From assembly GCA_051294375.1 (NCBI GenBank), contig CM119270.1:15747845-15811844 (forward strand): DNA of 64,000 nt, written 5' to 3'. Positions 61,971 through 64,000 of this stretch are shown in pieces; within the stretch, counting starts at the first letter, position 1, and each line of letters begins with the position of its first letter. This stretch comes from Paraspadella gotoi (taxonomy: Eukaryota; Animalia; Chaetognatha). The position numbers and the translations under genes were made by a program. Under the pieces are notes generated by a model, which made no database searches, was not told the DNA's origin, and saw only the letters and a list, made by a program, of their open reading frames with translations.

Positions 61971-64000
61971 CAGTGAGGGCAATAAGCTTTTTTACAGGAT
62001 AATTGGGTTTCTTTTCTTCTTTTTTTTCAATGGCTGAAATTTTTTATATTTTTTTAAAAATAAAATTTTAACCTAGAAAAAACTAATTAAAAAAAAAAAA
62101 TGAAAAAAGGGTGATTTTGGTGGTGCTGAAAAAGTTTTTTGAAATTCCAATTGCTCAGAACACATACTCGAATGTCTATATTTCTAAATAAACTCAATTT
62201 TTTTGACTAACTTACATTTTTTTAAAATAGGAAAAATTATCCTCAAATGCCAAGAATTTTTCTCAAATCGCGGCATTGATAGGCACATAACTATTAACTA
62301 AGGAAAGTAAGCAATGCTGGATACATTGGGAGTTGAAAAGAAAAAAAGTCCAGAAATTACTAAGGGTAAAAAATATGAAGTAGCCATAACTTGTGATTTT
62401 ATTCGCATTCGAAATCTTTATAATTTCCTTTTTTTCTTTCTTTTGATTTGCTCCCTTCCGCAACACGAGCACCTTACCTTCTTGTAGCACCATCTGTATC
62501 CAAACACGGTTGCTTCCCAAAGTCTTGATGTGCACTTCCTATCACCCTCGGCGTTTTTCAGAGCAAACTGGAGGTGCATTCCTGTCGAGACACTTACTCC
62601 CTTTCGCCGTGTATTCTCTCCCGCCCATTCGTCACGAAGCCTGTGAGGACGCGCCCGATTCGTTTTCATATGTAAATAAAATAAATATATATACAAATTA
62701 GTACACACCAATCCTATGAAAATTTATCCATTCATTTAAATAACTAAGCTAATTCTTTCCCCTGATTTGGACAGGCTGTGATGGTAAGGACTCATCACCT
62801 TACAGATATAACATAGCACAATACGTAGCCAATGGACTCTGCCGTTAAGAAAGCTTAACTGCTCTACCATATAGAAAAACTTCAACATAATAAAAATTTA
62901 AATATTAAATTAATTAGCAATTTTTTTCAATTTTTATATTTTTAAATAATTGTTTATTTCTTTAATTAAATGAACTTATTTTATAGCAATTAAAATTTAA
63001 ATTAATTTATATCTTGAAAATATTTTTACGTAATTTTTTGAATAAAATATCTTAAAAATTTAAATAAAAAATGACAAATGAGGCACACATTTAAATTGAA
63101 ATGAAATGAACTTTAACACATAGTGTCCGCACGATATGTTCGGAAGTTAAATTTGTAAAACAAAAAGTCTACTAATAATAATAAATAAAAGAGTTTGGTA
63201 CTCTATCATCCAATCAGATCATAATATTTTAAAGAAAGTTCAAATTGTAAATGAAATATCTTTCCCGACGATGCAAAAGTTTAAAGGGACAAGTAAGATT
63301 TCGATAACCACCTACTTTTTACTTCTAGCCATGTATTCTTTGTATATAGGTTTACATTTATCAAATGATATATCTGTTAAACCAAATATAAAAGAAAAAT
63401 AAAGAATTGAGTATCGAGATTAAAGTTAAACTTCCTCTTACATAATATGCATCTCCTGGGGTCGCGGCGACGAATGACGGCGGACGACAGCAGGAACGAA
63501 AGAAAAAGTCGACGACATTTTGAAATTCGGTTGGGTTTTAATATTATTTTCTTTAACCCCAGAATCTCTAAATACTTTTCTACTTTCGTCTTGTTTGTTG
63601 AAATTTGACTCAAGCTTATTCCAGGACATAACGTCTAAGATAATAATTTTCCCAAACAAATTGTCGAGGTGATTTTTTAATTTTACCAGTAGAATAGGAA
63701 ATAGCTGGTCAATAGGGTTGTCAAATTTATTAAGGGAGAATTTGAGGACAACGTTATTTTTGTTCAAATTTTTAGATTTTGGCGGAAAGTTGTCTCGGGA
63801 GAAAAAATGTTTATTTAAACATAAATTGAAGCCAATCAGGCTTATGCTCATATAAACTTTTTTAATGTTAGTATAGTAGTACATATGTTGTTAGTTGGAA
63901 AAAACTACTATCATAAATTCTTTTGAACAGATCGCGAACTGACTAACTTGTGCCCTACTTTTTGCGCCCCCCGTGTCCGACAAGCAGCAATAGCAGCTGA
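61971..64000 (+). repeat. Duplicate of 45321-47294 (runs to the window end)
   Basis: Colinear from cagtgagg(g)caataagc to gcagctga, with dense small indels. Confidence 0.93.
62478..63518 (-). pseudogene. Frameshifted second copy of exons 1-2 of the secreted 10-Cys gene (pseudogene or low-quality haplotig)
   Basis: MSSTFSFV.. at 63518 and IKTLGSNRV../GYRWCYK fragments in different frames; exon 3 is not present in this copy. Confidence 0.6.

Overview
Eukaryotic window, most likely an invertebrate animal: GT-AG introns, AT-rich intergenic DNA, abundant (GA)n/(GAC)n microsatellites, three N-gaps and many 1-nt indels, so the assembly looks imperfectly polished. Spliced genes reconstructed by hand: a USP53/USP54-family deubiquitinase (+, 1617-7496); a CD225/dispanin exon (+, 8366) that appears to splice into a very large Cys-rich repeat membrane protein (+, to 15253); a SERTA-domain cofactor (-, 18265-21231); a small secreted 10-Cys protein not recoverable from the ORF track (-, 44771-46815); a Ly6/three-finger GPI-type protein (+, 49013-52870); and an SLC29 equilibrative nucleoside transporter (-, 54472-59986). 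Two duplications (~7.8 kb and ~2 kb) lie at or near gaps and are probably haplotig artefacts. Most striking signal: two intronic tRNA-headed (Pol III A/B box) SINE-like elements, each followed directly by a circularly permuted type-P5 twister-ribozyme fold with compensatory changes in the T1 pseudoknot, plus a third truncated relative. All calls are by eye; no searches or folding programs were run.
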